Below, one piece after another: positions 17,715 through 27,072 of a stretch of DNA of 52,925 bases. The notes under the pieces are model-generated. The model did not search any database. It was not told where the DNA came from and was given only the letters and a program-made list of their open reading frames with translations. The first letter of the stretch is position 1. Each line of letters opens with the position of its first letter. Source of the stretch: Oscillospiraceae bacterium (GTDB taxonomy: Bacteria > Bacillota > Clostridia > Oscillospirales > CAG-272); NCBI GenBank assembly GCA_015064525.1, contig SVSC01000002.1:1-52925 (forward strand), written 5' to 3'. A program made the translations under genes and the position numbers.

Positions 17715-18789
17715 GAATGAAATTCAAGAAAAAGCGCCAATCATCGCGGCTGAAATAGTGGGTTCCGCTTCGCATAAAAAGCCCGATCTGTCCTCGATCG
17801 GAAGACATTCCCGTGGTCATCAAACCAACCTCGGGATCCAATCCCATCACACCCAGCTTTTCGTAGATCACGGAAGCTGCTTCAAGGGAGAGATACTGCG
17901 CCTCGGTGTCTGCCCAGGTATCCTCCTCCGCAGTTGCCACCGACAGCTTACGGGGCGCGATCAGCGCGGTGAGATAGTGCTGGTCGAAGGGCATCTCGTT
18001 CTCCCTGTTCGCATAGCTCGCAAAGCAGGGAGCAAACCAGAACGGGAAAACTCTTGTGATGATCTCCACCGTTTCCCCGCCCTTTTCACGGGCAATGGAA
18101 ACGCCCGAGGCTCCCGAATTATTGGAGTGAACACCTGCAAAATTGGTGTCCAACGCCGCCGCCAAAAGCGCGGTCTTTCCCAAACGAGAGTGCCCTGCAA
18201 CGTAAAGCCGCTCACGGGTGACATACCCCTCCTTCAGAAGATGCTCTCCGATCAAAGAGGCAGCGTATGCCCAAATTCGGAGCTTACCTGCGGAATGGGG
18301 ATCCCGACGATCGGTGAGAAGCGGCGCAATCCCATTCTCGAAATCGTTATCGTCGGAGGTGACATTGGTGTACAGCACGCGGGCAACGGCAACCCCCGCC
18401 TCCATAATTTCCTCAATGGGACAATAGCAGTGTCTTTCGTTGAAGGCAAAATCCAGCGAAACCACAACGGGACAGTTCTCGCCTCCACGAGGCAGATAAA
18501 AATCCACAGGGAAGGAGGCGCTTCTCTCCCCCTTGGCAAGGGTGAACACATATCGGATATGCTTTTTGCATTTTCCCGCATACGATGCAGGCTCACGGAG
18601 CTTTTCCTCCGCCACAGAAACCGATACGCCGCAGGTATCCAGCTTACCGTACTCCTCGGAAAGCAATCGCTCGATGGTGCGCTCCCGATCGAAATTCCCC
18701 TCCCTATCAACGAGAAATTCGGGCAACTCCAGCGCGGGACTATAGCGGGTGGTTTTGGTGAGTAATTCAGATCGAAATTGCAATGCCAT
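17707..18789 (-). CDS. alpha/beta hydrolase resembling CE15 glucuronoyl esterase
   Basis: Nucleophile elbow GHSRLGKTALLAAALD (the CE15 motif is G-x-S-R-x-G-K). No signal peptide. ATG 18789 behind GAGGGGG is preferred to the TTG at 18795. Confidence 0.55.
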   Translation of the reverse strand: MALQFRSELLTKTTRYSPALELPEFLVDREGNFDRERTIERLLSEEYGKLDTCGVSVSVAEEKLREPASYAGKCKKHIRYVFTLAKGERSASFPVDFYLPRGGENCPVVVSLDFAFNERHCYCPIEEIMEAGVAVARVLYTNVTSDDNDFENGIAPLLTDRRDPHSAGKLRIWAYAASLIGEHLLKEGYVTRERLYVAGHSRLGKTALLAAALDTNFAGVHSNNSGASGVSIAREKGGETVEIITRVFPFWFAPCFASYANRENEMPFDQHYLTALIAPRKLSVATAEEDTWADTEAQYLSLEAASVIYEKLGVMGLDPEVGLMTTGMSSDRGQIGLFMRSGTHYFSRDDWRFFLNFIQK

Positions 18790-18804
18790 TTTCAACGCCC
18801 CCTC

Positions 18805-19830
18805 TCAGCGCTTTCCGGAAAACTCACCGTAGATCGGTTGCGACCATGCCGCTCTTCCCCGATCGTCATAAACGGTCACACGGACGTAGCCCGGAAAAAC
18901 ATTTTTCAAATCGAAGCGCGCCTGATTCAAAGGCGTATGCGGACTGTCCGCATAAACCACCTTTGCCTGTCGAACAGCCGTGGTGAGGGTGATCTTGGCG
19001 GCGGGAGAGGTGGTGACGCTGAGAATGTCATCCTCAACGTATAGCTCCTGAATCAACGGGCCTGAGGAGGCATAGAAATCACCTGCCTTCAAGGCGTTGT
19101 AAATGGCGGGCTGGCTCAGCTCCTCGGCGCGGATCATCACAAAGCCACCCAGGGAATCCCAATAGGAGGTTCCCTTTGGATGGTGGTTGTGGTTATCGTC
19201 GGTTGCGGTGCAGAACAAGCGATGCCCGCGGCGCAGAAGTGTGTCGAATACACCGTCGTTGATCTCGTTATAGCCCGCAATATAGCAATCGTGGTTATAA
19301 ACCTCCATGCCAAAGATATTGGTGGTATCCAGATCGCGGTAGTCCTCGGCTGTTTGCTGCGACCAGGTGGGATGGTTGAGCATGGCAATAAAGCCGTGCT
19401 TCGCGTACTCGTTAATCATGAAATTGATATTGTCGTAATCTCTTACAAAATCGGGAGTACCGATATATGGCTGAATTTCCAAGAGATCCCGCCTTTTGCT
19501 CCAAACCGCCTTGTTATAGCAAGGAAGCGCCACCTGATGAGGATCGGAATGATAAAAGTTGATATGGTAGCAGGGACGGAAGGCATTATGTCCCTCTCCT
19601 ACCTTTTCCACGTTAACCTCGGTTGCCGTCATGGCAAGGAAGCTCTCGTCACTCAGCTCGGAGTGGTCGATCAGCACGTTGTGATCACTGTAAGCCAGCA
19701 CGGAATATCCTGCAGATTTATAGATCTCCTTCAACTCCTCCGGAGTCATTTTACCGTCGGAATCGGTGCTGTGGCAATGCAGATTTGCTTTATAATACCG
19801 ATCTCCGCCTGAAATAATATACTGTCTCAT
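18805..19830 (-). CDS. PHP-domain metal-dependent phosphoesterase
   Basis: YKANLHCHSTDSDGKMTPEELKEIYKSAGYSVLAYSDHN is the PHP N-terminal His/Asp signature. GGAGG SD. Confidence 0.75.
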   Translation of the reverse strand: MRQYIISGGDRYYKANLHCHSTDSDGKMTPEELKEIYKSAGYSVLAYSDHNVLIDHSELSDESFLAMTATEVNVEKVGEGHNAFRPCYHINFYHSDPHQVALPCYNKAVWSKRRDLLEIQPYIGTPDFVRDYDNINFMINEYAKHGFIAMLNHPTWSQQTAEDYRDLDTTNIFGMEVYNHDCYIAGYNEINDGVFDTLLRRGHRLFCTATDDNHNHHPKGTSYWDSLGGFVMIRAEELSQPAIYNALKAGDFYASSGPLIQELYVEDDILSVTTSPAAKITLTTAVRQAKVVYADSPHTPLNQARFDLKNVFPGYVRVTVYDDRGRAAWSQPIYGEFSGKR

Positions 19831-19887
19831 TGCTTGTCCTCCGCCTTTTTTCGTTGATGTGCCCGTTGGAATGGTAGAATTACCTTC

Positions 19888-19916
19888 ATTATATCACACA
19901 TAGCCTTCCTTGTCAA
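19888..19916 (-). promoter_or_regulatory. consensus sigmaA promoter (PHP / CE15-like operon)
   Basis: Minus strand reads TTGACA-17 nt-TATAAT with an upstream TGTGa (-16 TRTG) element. Confidence 0.7.
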
Positions 19917-19970
19917 TTATATTTTTCTGACGGAAAGGTACGGATTTGAGGCTCTTTTTCGTTGGGATCA

Positions 19971-19999
19971 TTGACAGCGTTGGGAGAGCGTGATATAAT
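19971..19999 (+). promoter_or_regulatory. consensus sigmaA promoter of the HAD gene
   Basis: TTGACA (19971-19976), 17 nt, TGaTATAAT (TATAAT at 19994-19999). Confidence 0.7.
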
Positions 20000-20031
20000 A
20001 TCTGCAGTCTTTAACCGAAAAGGAGCAAGCT

Positions 20032-20682
20032 ATGAAATTCTCCCACTATCTTTTTGATTTTGACGGCACCTTGGTTGATTCCATGCCCTACTGGTCGCAG
20101 AAGATGCTGAACATCCTGAATGAAACCAAAACGCCTTATCCCGAAAACGTGATCTCAATCATCACTCCCTTGGGCGACGTCGGAACCGCCGTTTATTTTC
20201 GGGATGTGCTTGGCGTTCCGCTAACCAACGCGGAAATGTATGAGAAAATGGATGCCTACGCGCTTCCCTGCTATCGCGATAAAATTCCGCTGAAGGCAGA
20301 CGTGTTGGAATGTTTGAAGCGCCTGCGCGCCAAGGGCTGCAGCCTGAACATTCTCACCGCCAGCCCCCACAAGGCGCTGGATCCCTGCCTGCGCCGCCTG
20401 GGAATTTGGGATCTGTTCGACAATATTTGGAGCAGCGATGATTTCAGGCTTTCCAAATCCAATCCGCAGATCTACCTTGAAGCGGTGAAGCTGATGGGTA
20501 CCGTTGCCGCCGAAACCGCCTTTTTTGACGACAATCTCACCGCCATTCGAACCGCCAAGGAAGCCGGGCTTTATACCGTTGGCGTTTACGATGTCACGGC
20601 CATTGACTTCCGCTGTGAATTGGAAGCCACCGCGGATCGGTATATCACTTCCTTTTCGGAAATCTGTTCGTTAAGCGAATAG
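20032..20682 (+). CDS. HAD-superfamily hydrolase
   Basis: Motif I LFDFDGTLVDS. Later motifs LTASP and FFDDN. AAGGAG SD. Confidence 0.8.
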   Translation: MKFSHYLFDFDGTLVDSMPYWSQKMLNILNETKTPYPENVISIITPLGDVGTAVYFRDVLGVPLTNAEMYEKMDAYALPCYRDKIPLKADVLECLKRLRAKGCSLNILTASPHKALDPCLRRLGIWDLFDNIWSSDDFRLSKSNPQIYLEAVKLMGTVAAETAFFDDNLTAIRTAKEAGLYTVGVYDVTAIDFRCELEATADRYITSFSEICSLSE

Positions 20683-20750
20683 AAGTCGGATTGCCTTTTG
20701 AGGCACTTTTACACTTGCCTTTTCTGTTGTTACTGTTGTTTTACGTTGAG

Positions 20751-20780
20751 AGGCTTCCCGGTGCAAGGGGAGCCTTTTAT
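20751..20780 (+). terminator. candidate terminator after the HAD gene
   Basis: 9-bp stem aggcttccc/ggggagcct (one G-U pair), loop ggtgcaa, then tttat. Confidence 0.4.
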
Positions 20781-20820
20781 CGTGTGCTGATAAACCAATC
20801 ATATATTTTTCGGAAAAGCA

Positions 20821-20849
20821 TTGACTTCGCTTATAAAATATGCTATAAT
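20821..20849 (+). promoter_or_regulatory. consensus sigmaA promoter of the FAD-oxidoreductase gene
   Basis: TTGACT-17 nt-TGcTATAAT. Confidence 0.7.
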
Positions 20850-20873
20850 ATAGACATATGAAATGAGACATTT

Positions 20874-20915
20874 TTTGGGGACGGTTGCCTTCGCTTTGGG
20901 GACGGTTGCCTTCGC
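20874..20915 (+). repeat. perfect 21-bp tandem direct repeat, 2 copies, in a 5' leader
   Basis: TTTGGGGACGGTTGCCTTCGC occurs at 20874-20894 and again at 20895-20915. It lies between the promoter (-10 at 20844) and the ATG at 20974. Confidence 0.9.
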
Positions 20916-20973
20916 CTCTGCCGTGACACAAGCCCCCTGAAATCAAAATGGAAATGTCAGATCGGAGAGTGCC

Positions 20974-22344
20974 ATGCGATACGTAAAAGAGATCACGAAG
21001 ATTCGGAGCTGTCAGGTTGCTGTTTGCGGCGGCGGATTCGCGGGCTTTGCCGCGGCGTATGCCGCCGCGCGGGAGGGTTTGCGTGTTTTGCTGATTGAGC
21101 GGAACGGCGCCCTTGGCGGCGTTGGGACGCTGGGGCTTGTGAACCATTTGCTGGGCGCTCGCGCCTTTGTTGGAAAGGAGTGCAAGACCTGCGTTGGCGG
21201 TCTGTTCGCCCAAATTGAAGATACGCTGCTCAAAAGATGTGCTGCCATCGACTACAAAAGCGTTGATCTTTCTCTCCCCCCTCACGGCTGGTTCAAGGGA
21301 CTTGGCATTGGCTTGGTGTTCGACAACGAGGAAATGAAACGGCTTTTGGAGGAGCTTCTATCGGAGGTGGGAGTGGAGATCCTTTACTACACCGACGTGA
21401 TCGACGTCATTCGCCACGGAGAAAAAGCAGAGAGCTTGGTGATCCACAACAAAAGCGGCTTTTGTGAGGTACGTGCTGACTATTTTGTGGATGCCACGGG
21501 TGACGGTGACATTTACGCCATGGCAGGCTGTCCCTTTGAATTCGGAAACGAGGAGGGCGGTCTTGCGGCTGCCTCCTTGGAAATGCACGTAGAGAACGTG
21601 GATCATCAAGCGTTGATCAACTATATGAAGCGCACAGACGACCGCCGTTTTCGGGCGATCATCGGCACCTTGAAGGAAGCAGGCATCTGGCGCTTCCCCT
21701 ACGAGATCTTTATTTCCGTGATGATGACTCGCCCCGACGTATTCATGATCAACACCATTCGTCAGGTTGGGATCAACGGCACCGATGCCGAGTCGCTTTC
21801 CCGCGGCGTTTTGGAGGGCAGGAAGGAAAGCTTTGCCCTTTTGGAGATTATGCGAAATCACTTTCCCGGCTTTTCCAACGCGCAGATCCGCTCAATCGCG
21901 CCGTCCATCGGTATCCGAGAGACCAGACGCTTGAAAGCCATGCACGTTCTGGGAGTGGAGGATCTGATCAAGGGAGAAAGCTTTCCCGACAGCATTGCTC
22001 TTTCCGGCTACGGTTGGGATATGCCCGATCCCAAGCACCCCAGCTATCAGCCCTACCACGGTGTTGCCCGCCGTTCCCCCTTCACCGAAATCCCATACCG
22101 CTCGCTTCTCCCCTTGGGAGTTGACAATTTAATTGCGGTTGGGCGTTGCATTGGGGCCGAGCGTGAGGCGCTTGGCGCGATTCGCGTGATGGCGCCCTGC
22201 ATTGCCATGGGAGAAGCAGCGGGAATTGCCGCTTCCCTTGCCCTGCGGGAGAATTGCCCCTATCGCCACGTGGATATTTCCGTTCTGCGGGAACGCTTGA
22301 TCCGACACGGTGGCATTGTTTCCAGAAATCAAATCACACAATAA
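20974..22344 (+). CDS. FAD-dependent oxidoreductase (FAD_oxidored/GIDA-like fold)
   Basis: N-terminal dinucleotide-binding motif VAVCGGGFAGFAAAYAAAREG. 456 aa. GGAGAG SD. Confidence 0.7.
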   Translation: MRYVKEITKIRSCQVAVCGGGFAGFAAAYAAAREGLRVLLIERNGALGGVGTLGLVNHLLGARAFVGKECKTCVGGLFAQIEDTLLKRCAAIDYKSVDLSLPPHGWFKGLGIGLVFDNEEMKRLLEELLSEVGVEILYYTDVIDVIRHGEKAESLVIHNKSGFCEVRADYFVDATGDGDIYAMAGCPFEFGNEEGGLAAASLEMHVENVDHQALINYMKRTDDRRFRAIIGTLKEAGIWRFPYEIFISVMMTRPDVFMINTIRQVGINGTDAESLSRGVLEGRKESFALLEIMRNHFPGFSNAQIRSIAPSIGIRETRRLKAMHVLGVEDLIKGESFPDSIALSGYGWDMPDPKHPSYQPYHGVARRSPFTEIPYRSLLPLGVDNLIAVGRCIGAEREALGAIRVMAPCIAMGEAAGIAASLALRENCPYRHVDISVLRERLIRHGGIVSRNQITQ

Positions 22345-22352
22345 CAAATAAT

Positions 22353-22392
22353 AAAAAGGCATCGAAAAGAAACGATTTCCGATGCCTTTTTT
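22353..22392. terminator. bidirectional terminator between the FAD-oxidoreductase gene and polA
   Basis: aaaaaggcatcg...cgatgccttttt: stem flanked by an A-run and a T-run, between convergent stop codons (22344 and 22400). Confidence 0.7.
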
Positions 22393-22399
22393 ATATCAT

Positions 22400-24916
22400 T
22401 CATTTCGCCTCAAACCAGTTTTTGCCCGCGTGGATCTCCACGGTGAGGGGAACGTTCAGCCTTGCCGCCGATTCCATTTCCTCCTGCAAAATGCGGCTTG
22501 CCTGCTCCGCGCAGCTCTTGTTGGCTTCAATGAGCAATTCGTCATGCACCTGCAGAATCAAACGGGCATCCAGACCCTCCTCCCGCAATCTGCGATGAAC
22601 GCGAATCATGGCGAGCTTGATCAGATCCGCGGCAGCCCCCTGAATGGGGCTGTTCATTGCCACACGCTCTCCGAACTTCTGCTGCACCTTGTTTTTTCCC
22701 TTCAGCTCGGGAATATAGCGGCGACGACCGAAAACAGTGGTCACATAGCCGCACTCATATGCCCTTGCAATGGTGTTCTTCAAGTAGGCGTCTACCTGCG
22801 GGAAGCCCGCCAAATACTGATCAATATAGCTTTGCGCCTGCGCGCGGGAAACGCCCAGATCGTCCGAAAGCGAAAAGGCTCCGATTCCGTAGAGGATACC
22901 AAAGTTCACTGCCTTTGCCTTTTTACGCATATCCGAGGTGACCCGGTCGGGCGCAACGCCAAAAACGGTTGCCGCCGTGGAGGTGTGAATGTCCGCCCCT
23001 GACAGAAACGCCTCGGTCATATTTTTATCCTCCGAAACGTGGGCAAGCAGACGAAGCTCAATTTGAGAATAATCGGCGTCGATGATCACGTAATCATCGT
23101 TTTCGGGTAGAAAATACCGCCTCAATTCCCTTCCCATTTCGGTGCGGATCGGAATATTTTGCAGGTTCGGATCCGACGAGGAAAGACGCCCCGTGGCGGT
23201 TCCCGTTTGCTTAAAGGTGGAGTGGATCCTGCCGTTTTCGTCGGCAACCTTCAAAAGCCCGTCGGTGTAGGTGCTTTTCAGCTTGGTGACCTGACGGTAG
23301 TCCAAAATGTCCTGAACAATGGGATGATAGGGGCGCAACCGCTCCAAAATCTCGGCATTGGTGGAATAGCCTGTTTTAGTCTTTTTTTCATGAGGTAAGC
23401 CAAGGGTTTCAAACAGCACCTCCCCCAGCTGCTTGGGAGAATTGACATTGAACACCTTTCCCGCCTGCATATGAATCTGCGCTTCCAACGCCGCGGCAAT
23501 GGCTCCCAGCTGCTCGCCGTATGCCTCAATTCCCTGTCGGTCGATGCGGAAGCCCGCCTCTTCCATGTCTGCCAGCACCAATGCCAAGGGCATTTCCAGC
23601 GTTTCCATCAGCTGCTCCTGACCGTCTGCAGTCAGCTGCTCCAAAATTGCGTCATATAGCTTTTCATAGTAGACAATTGCGGGGATATCGTCGGTCAAAA
23701 CGGTTGCCAGATAGTCCCCCACCAGGGTTTTCAGGCTGTAATTGCTTTTGGAGGAATTGGCAAGATAACCCCCAAGCATCAGATCGAAAACCTTCAATTT
23801 TTTCAGATCTGCCAGCTCGGGGCGCTTATACAGCGATTTGCAATCATAGCAGATCACGGTTTTTCCCACCAAAGCATGGCTGACCGACGAAAGAGACGCA
23901 TCGGATTCCAGCACATGACCGTTCACCAGCCAAAGGAGCCGCTCCTCCGCCTCCAAGCCCACAAGCTTTGCAGCCTCTATTCTTTTACAAAGCTCTTCTC
24001 GGCTTACCCGAAAACGGCCGATCTCTTCAACCTTCTCCGCAACGGCAGGCTCCGCGCTATCCAACCCGAAGCGTTTGAGAAAGCCCGCAAATTCCAAGCG
24101 CAGAAACAGCGCTCGCAGCTCTGCTCTTTGAACCCCCTTGCAGGCAAGATCCTCCAGCGAAAGTCCCAGGGGAACCTCTCGGCAGATCTGCGCCAGCTCG
24201 CGGGAAAGATAGGCGCTTTCCCTGCCGTTTTCCAGCTTTTGCCGCTGGGAGGGGGTGTGCTTTGCGGTTGGCAGGGTCTCATAGACACCATTGAGACTGC
24301 CGTATTCCGCAATCAGCCGCAAGGCGGTCTTTTCACCGATGCCGGGAACCCCCGGAATGTTATCCGAGCTATCGCCCATCAACGCCTTTACGTCCACAAA
24401 CTGAGAGGACGCTACACCGTATTTGGCGAAAAACGCCTCCTCGGTCATATCAATGGTATCCGCGTTGGTGGTGAGAAGCACGTGGGTATTCTTACTGATC
24501 AACTGAAGGGAGTCGCGGTCCCCCGTCATCACAAATGCCTCCACATTCTCCCGCTCGGCAAGATCTGCAAGGGTGCCGAGAATGTCATCCGCCTCGTAGC
24601 CCTCCAGCGCCAGCACATGGTAGCCCATGGCGGATAGCAACTCCTTGGCAACGGGAAGCTGCAACGCAAGCTCCTCCGGCATGGGTTTTCTGCCCGCCTT
24701 ATAAGCGCCGTAGCGAAGGTGGCGGAAGGTTGGCGCCTTCAGGTCAAATGCCACGGCGCAATAGTCAGGCTCCAAACGATCCGCCTGCCGCGCGATCATA
24801 TTTACAAAGCCATACAGCGCGTTGGTGGGAAAGCCATCCTTTGTGGTGAGGGGCTTCACGCCGTAGAAGGCGCGATTCAGAATACTGTTTCCGTCGATGA
24901 CGAGCAATTTTTTCAT
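22400..24916 (-). CDS. polA: DNA polymerase I
   Basis: 5'-3' exonuclease N-terminus (LLVIDGNSILNRAFYG). Pol A motifs DYSQIELRLLA and QVHDELLIE. 838 aa. Confidence 0.95.
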   Translation of the reverse strand: MKKLLVIDGNSILNRAFYGVKPLTTKDGFPTNALYGFVNMIARQADRLEPDYCAVAFDLKAPTFRHLRYGAYKAGRKPMPEELALQLPVAKELLSAMGYHVLALEGYEADDILGTLADLAERENVEAFVMTGDRDSLQLISKNTHVLLTTNADTIDMTEEAFFAKYGVASSQFVDVKALMGDSSDNIPGVPGIGEKTALRLIAEYGSLNGVYETLPTAKHTPSQRQKLENGRESAYLSRELAQICREVPLGLSLEDLACKGVQRAELRALFLRLEFAGFLKRFGLDSAEPAVAEKVEEIGRFRVSREELCKRIEAAKLVGLEAEERLLWLVNGHVLESDASLSSVSHALVGKTVICYDCKSLYKRPELADLKKLKVFDLMLGGYLANSSKSNYSLKTLVGDYLATVLTDDIPAIVYYEKLYDAILEQLTADGQEQLMETLEMPLALVLADMEEAGFRIDRQGIEAYGEQLGAIAAALEAQIHMQAGKVFNVNSPKQLGEVLFETLGLPHEKKTKTGYSTNAEILERLRPYHPIVQDILDYRQVTKLKSTYTDGLLKVADENGRIHSTFKQTGTATGRLSSSDPNLQNIPIRTEMGRELRRYFLPENDDYVIIDADYSQIELRLLAHVSEDKNMTEAFLSGADIHTSTAATVFGVAPDRVTSDMRKKAKAVNFGILYGIGAFSLSDDLGVSRAQAQSYIDQYLAGFPQVDAYLKNTIARAYECGYVTTVFGRRRYIPELKGKNKVQQKFGERVAMNSPIQGAAADLIKLAMIRVHRRLREEGLDARLILQVHDELLIEANKSCAEQASRILQEEMESAARLNVPLTVEIHAGKNWFEAK

Positions 24917-24948
24917 GCCTGGAACTCCCTTTTTTGATATCTGACATT

Positions 24949-24977
24949 ATTATACTATACTTTTCCCCCATTGTCAA
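24949..24977 (-). promoter_or_regulatory. consensus sigmaA promoter of polA
   Basis: Minus strand reads TTGACA-17 nt-TATAAT. Confidence 0.65.
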
Positions 24978-24980
24978 GAA

Positions 24981-25015
24981 AGGAGGACGGAGATTTTTCA
25001 TTTCTCCGTCCTCCT
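24981..25015 (-). terminator. terminator hairpin after the DUF4886-like gene
   Basis: Perfect 13-bp stem aggaggacggaga/tctccgtcctcct. T-rich on both flanks. Confidence 0.6.
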
Positions 25016-25025
25016 TGTTTTTCTT

Positions 25026-26096
25026 TTACTGCTTGACAACGTACTGCGATTGAGTGACCTTTAAGGGCTCCTTGATGGCGTTTTCAACCGATTCAAAAAT
25101 TACATCAAGGGAAGATCGCAGATGAGCATGTTCGGTGGGAACCCAGCTTACAAGTGAAAGCTCTCCCCCCGTGAAATACGCAAACCACGTGAGCGCCAAC
25201 GTGTATCTTCCGAAATCATAGCTCATGTGATATCCGTCTCTGGTAACGGTATCCCCAACATAAGAGGTGCGCAAATTCTGAATAGCAGTTCCCGATGGGA
25301 TCACGCCGCAAATTTCTTTCCTTGTGAGAACCTCCTGCTCCACCGATTCAACAATGCTGTTGTACATGAGCATTTGATCATTGTTATAGAACGGGAACCC
25401 GGAGTGATCGGAATTCCCCTGAAATGCCCACGTCATATGGAAAACGATCGGTGTGTTGGCTTTGGGCTTGTTTGCCTCAAGATACGGCAACAAACGAGAC
25501 AGCGCTGCGTAGGTTTCGGGATCGCCGCTGGCTTCGGGACTTTGCTGGATCACGATCACGTCCCAAGCCTCTTCCTTCAGAATATCGCTTGCCTTGATCC
25601 CTTGGGTCACGTTCCAATTTCCGTCGGTATTTTTGTGGTATTCATACGCCGCTTTATCCCCATTGATATTCGACCAATGGGTGCTCAAGCCCGCGCCACC
25701 GATATAAAGATTGCCCAAAACGATCTGCTCGACGCCACCGTTCTTGCAAACGTGCCACAGATATTGCATGGCATCCTTGCTGAAGCTGTTTCCGATGGCG
25801 AGAATTTTAACCGACTTTGTTGCGGTGTTGGGAACCGTTTCCCAGTAAACATCACCGCAGACAGCGCAAGTGTAGCGCTCCCGACGGTCACTCAACGCCA
25901 ATTCTCCAACGGTTTCGGTGAGCTCATACCGATGGGCGCATTGGGTCTCGGCGTTTTCGTTGGTTGCGGGCTGTGTTTCGACGTGTTCGGCATTGGTTGT
26001 GACATCCGAAACCGACGGTTGACCGTTTTCGCAGGCATTGAAAAACAACACCGTGGCGAGTAACATCAAAAGAAACGTAAGCTTTTTGCCTTTCAT
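25026..26096 (-). CDS. lipoprotein, DUF4886-like (SGNH-fold-like)
   Basis: Lipobox LFFNAC. VKILAIGNSFSKDA block typical of DUF4886 proteins. N-terminal CxH...CxxC stretch (CAHRYELTE...YTCAVCGDVY). Confidence 0.55.
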   Translation of the reverse strand: MKGKKLTFLLMLLATVLFFNACENGQPSVSDVTTNAEHVETQPATNENAETQCAHRYELTETVGELALSDRRERYTCAVCGDVYWETVPNTATKSVKILAIGNSFSKDAMQYLWHVCKNGGVEQIVLGNLYIGGAGLSTHWSNINGDKAAYEYHKNTDGNWNVTQGIKASDILKEEAWDVIVIQQSPEASGDPETYAALSRLLPYLEANKPKANTPIVFHMTWAFQGNSDHSGFPFYNNDQMLMYNSIVESVEQEVLTRKEICGVIPSGTAIQNLRTSYVGDTVTRDGYHMSYDFGRYTLALTWFAYFTGGELSLVSWVPTEHAHLRSSLDVIFESVENAIKEPLKVTQSQYVVKQ

Positions 26097-26122
26097 AGGA
26101 GCCTCCCAAAGTATTTTTCTTC

Positions 26123-26152
26123 ATTATATCACAGCAGACTCGCAACCGTCAA
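26123..26152 (-). promoter_or_regulatory. sigmaA promoter of the DUF4886-like gene
   Basis: Minus strand reads TTGACG-18 nt-TGaTATAAT. Confidence 0.55.
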
Positions 26153-26196
26153 GCAACAAAACCGATCAAAAGGTGCGTTTTTTGAACCTTTTGCGC

Positions 26197-26234
26197 AAAA
26201 AAAGCTCGGAACAGCAAAACCGTTGTTCCGAGCT
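26197..26234 (-). terminator. rho-independent terminator after radC
   Basis: 11-bp stem agctcggaaca/tgttccgagct followed on the minus strand by TTTTTTT. Confidence 0.75.
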
Positions 26235-26238
26235 ACTA

Positions 26239-27051
26239 CTATATTGTATTTTCAGATTCTCCGCGCTCGCATTCGCGCTTGTTCGGCGGAAAGATCGGCG
26301 GGCATCGCCATTGCGCTTCGTCCACATCGTAGAAATTTTGATCAAATCGACTTTCAATGTGGGTTACCTGATCAATACACCGAAAAATCCCGCAATGCTG
26401 CTTCATGATTGGCATGAAACGATCGTCGGCAATCACCAGATGCTCCAGCAGGGTAATTCCCAGCATATGAAAGGCATTGTTCAGATGATCGGTTACGTCC
26501 AAATCGTTGCCCGACGGAATGGCAAGCCCATTGGGATGGTTATGCGCCAGCACAACCGAGGAAGCCTTTTTGGAAAGCGCCAGCTCGGTCATGCGGCGAA
26601 CGGGCACCTCGGAGCAATTGACCGAGCCCTCGGAAATCTTCACGCAATCAATCATATTCATGCGGTTATTGAGAAGCATCATATATAGGCACTCGCGATT
26701 GTCCCCGATGAACCGTCTGACAAAAAAGGTTGCAAGCTTGCTCACCGAATCGTAGCGCTCGGAGGGCTTGCGTTGCTCCTCCGCGTATCTTCTTGTGATG
26801 GCGGGAATCAGCTTCAAAAGGAGCGCCGAATTTTCACCGATCCCCTCCACCTCCGTTAATTCCTCCGCCGATGCCTCAAACAACTCCCGCAGAGAACCGA
26901 ACCGCTCCAAAAGCCCGTGAGCGAGCTTGTTGGTGTCGCTTCTCGGAATAGCGTAGAACAATAGAAATTCCAAAAGCTCGTGGGTTGCGAGATGATCAAA
27001 ATCGCATCCGCGAAGTCGTTCTCTCATTCGTTGTCTGTGATGCTCGTGCAT
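26239..27051 (-). CDS. radC: RadC-family JAB/MPN domain protein
   Basis: N-terminal HhH region (HELLEFLLFYAIPRSDTNKLAHGLLERFGSL). JAMM motif LAHNHPNGLAIPSGNDL. About 45 aa of extra C-terminal tail. Confidence 0.85.
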   Translation of the reverse strand: MHEHHRQRMRERLRGCDFDHLATHELLEFLLFYAIPRSDTNKLAHGLLERFGSLRELFEASAEELTEVEGIGENSALLLKLIPAITRRYAEEQRKPSERYDSVSKLATFFVRRFIGDNRECLYMMLLNNRMNMIDCVKISEGSVNCSEVPVRRMTELALSKKASSVVLAHNHPNGLAIPSGNDLDVTDHLNNAFHMLGITLLEHLVIADDRFMPIMKQHCGIFRCIDQVTHIESRFDQNFYDVDEAQWRCPPIFPPNKRECERGESENTI

Positions 27052-27072
27052 ACGTTCGCTCCGATATCAGAT

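Noticed and set aside
20874-20915. Possible CRISPR or minisatellite
   Set aside because: There are only two abutting copies, no spacers and no cas genes. I treated it as a leader or operator repeat instead.
20671-21285. 204-aa minus-strand ORF spanning the FAD-oxidoreductase promoter and 5' end
   Set aside because: It crosses a consensus promoter and the tandem repeat, is antisense to a motif-bearing gene and has no SD.
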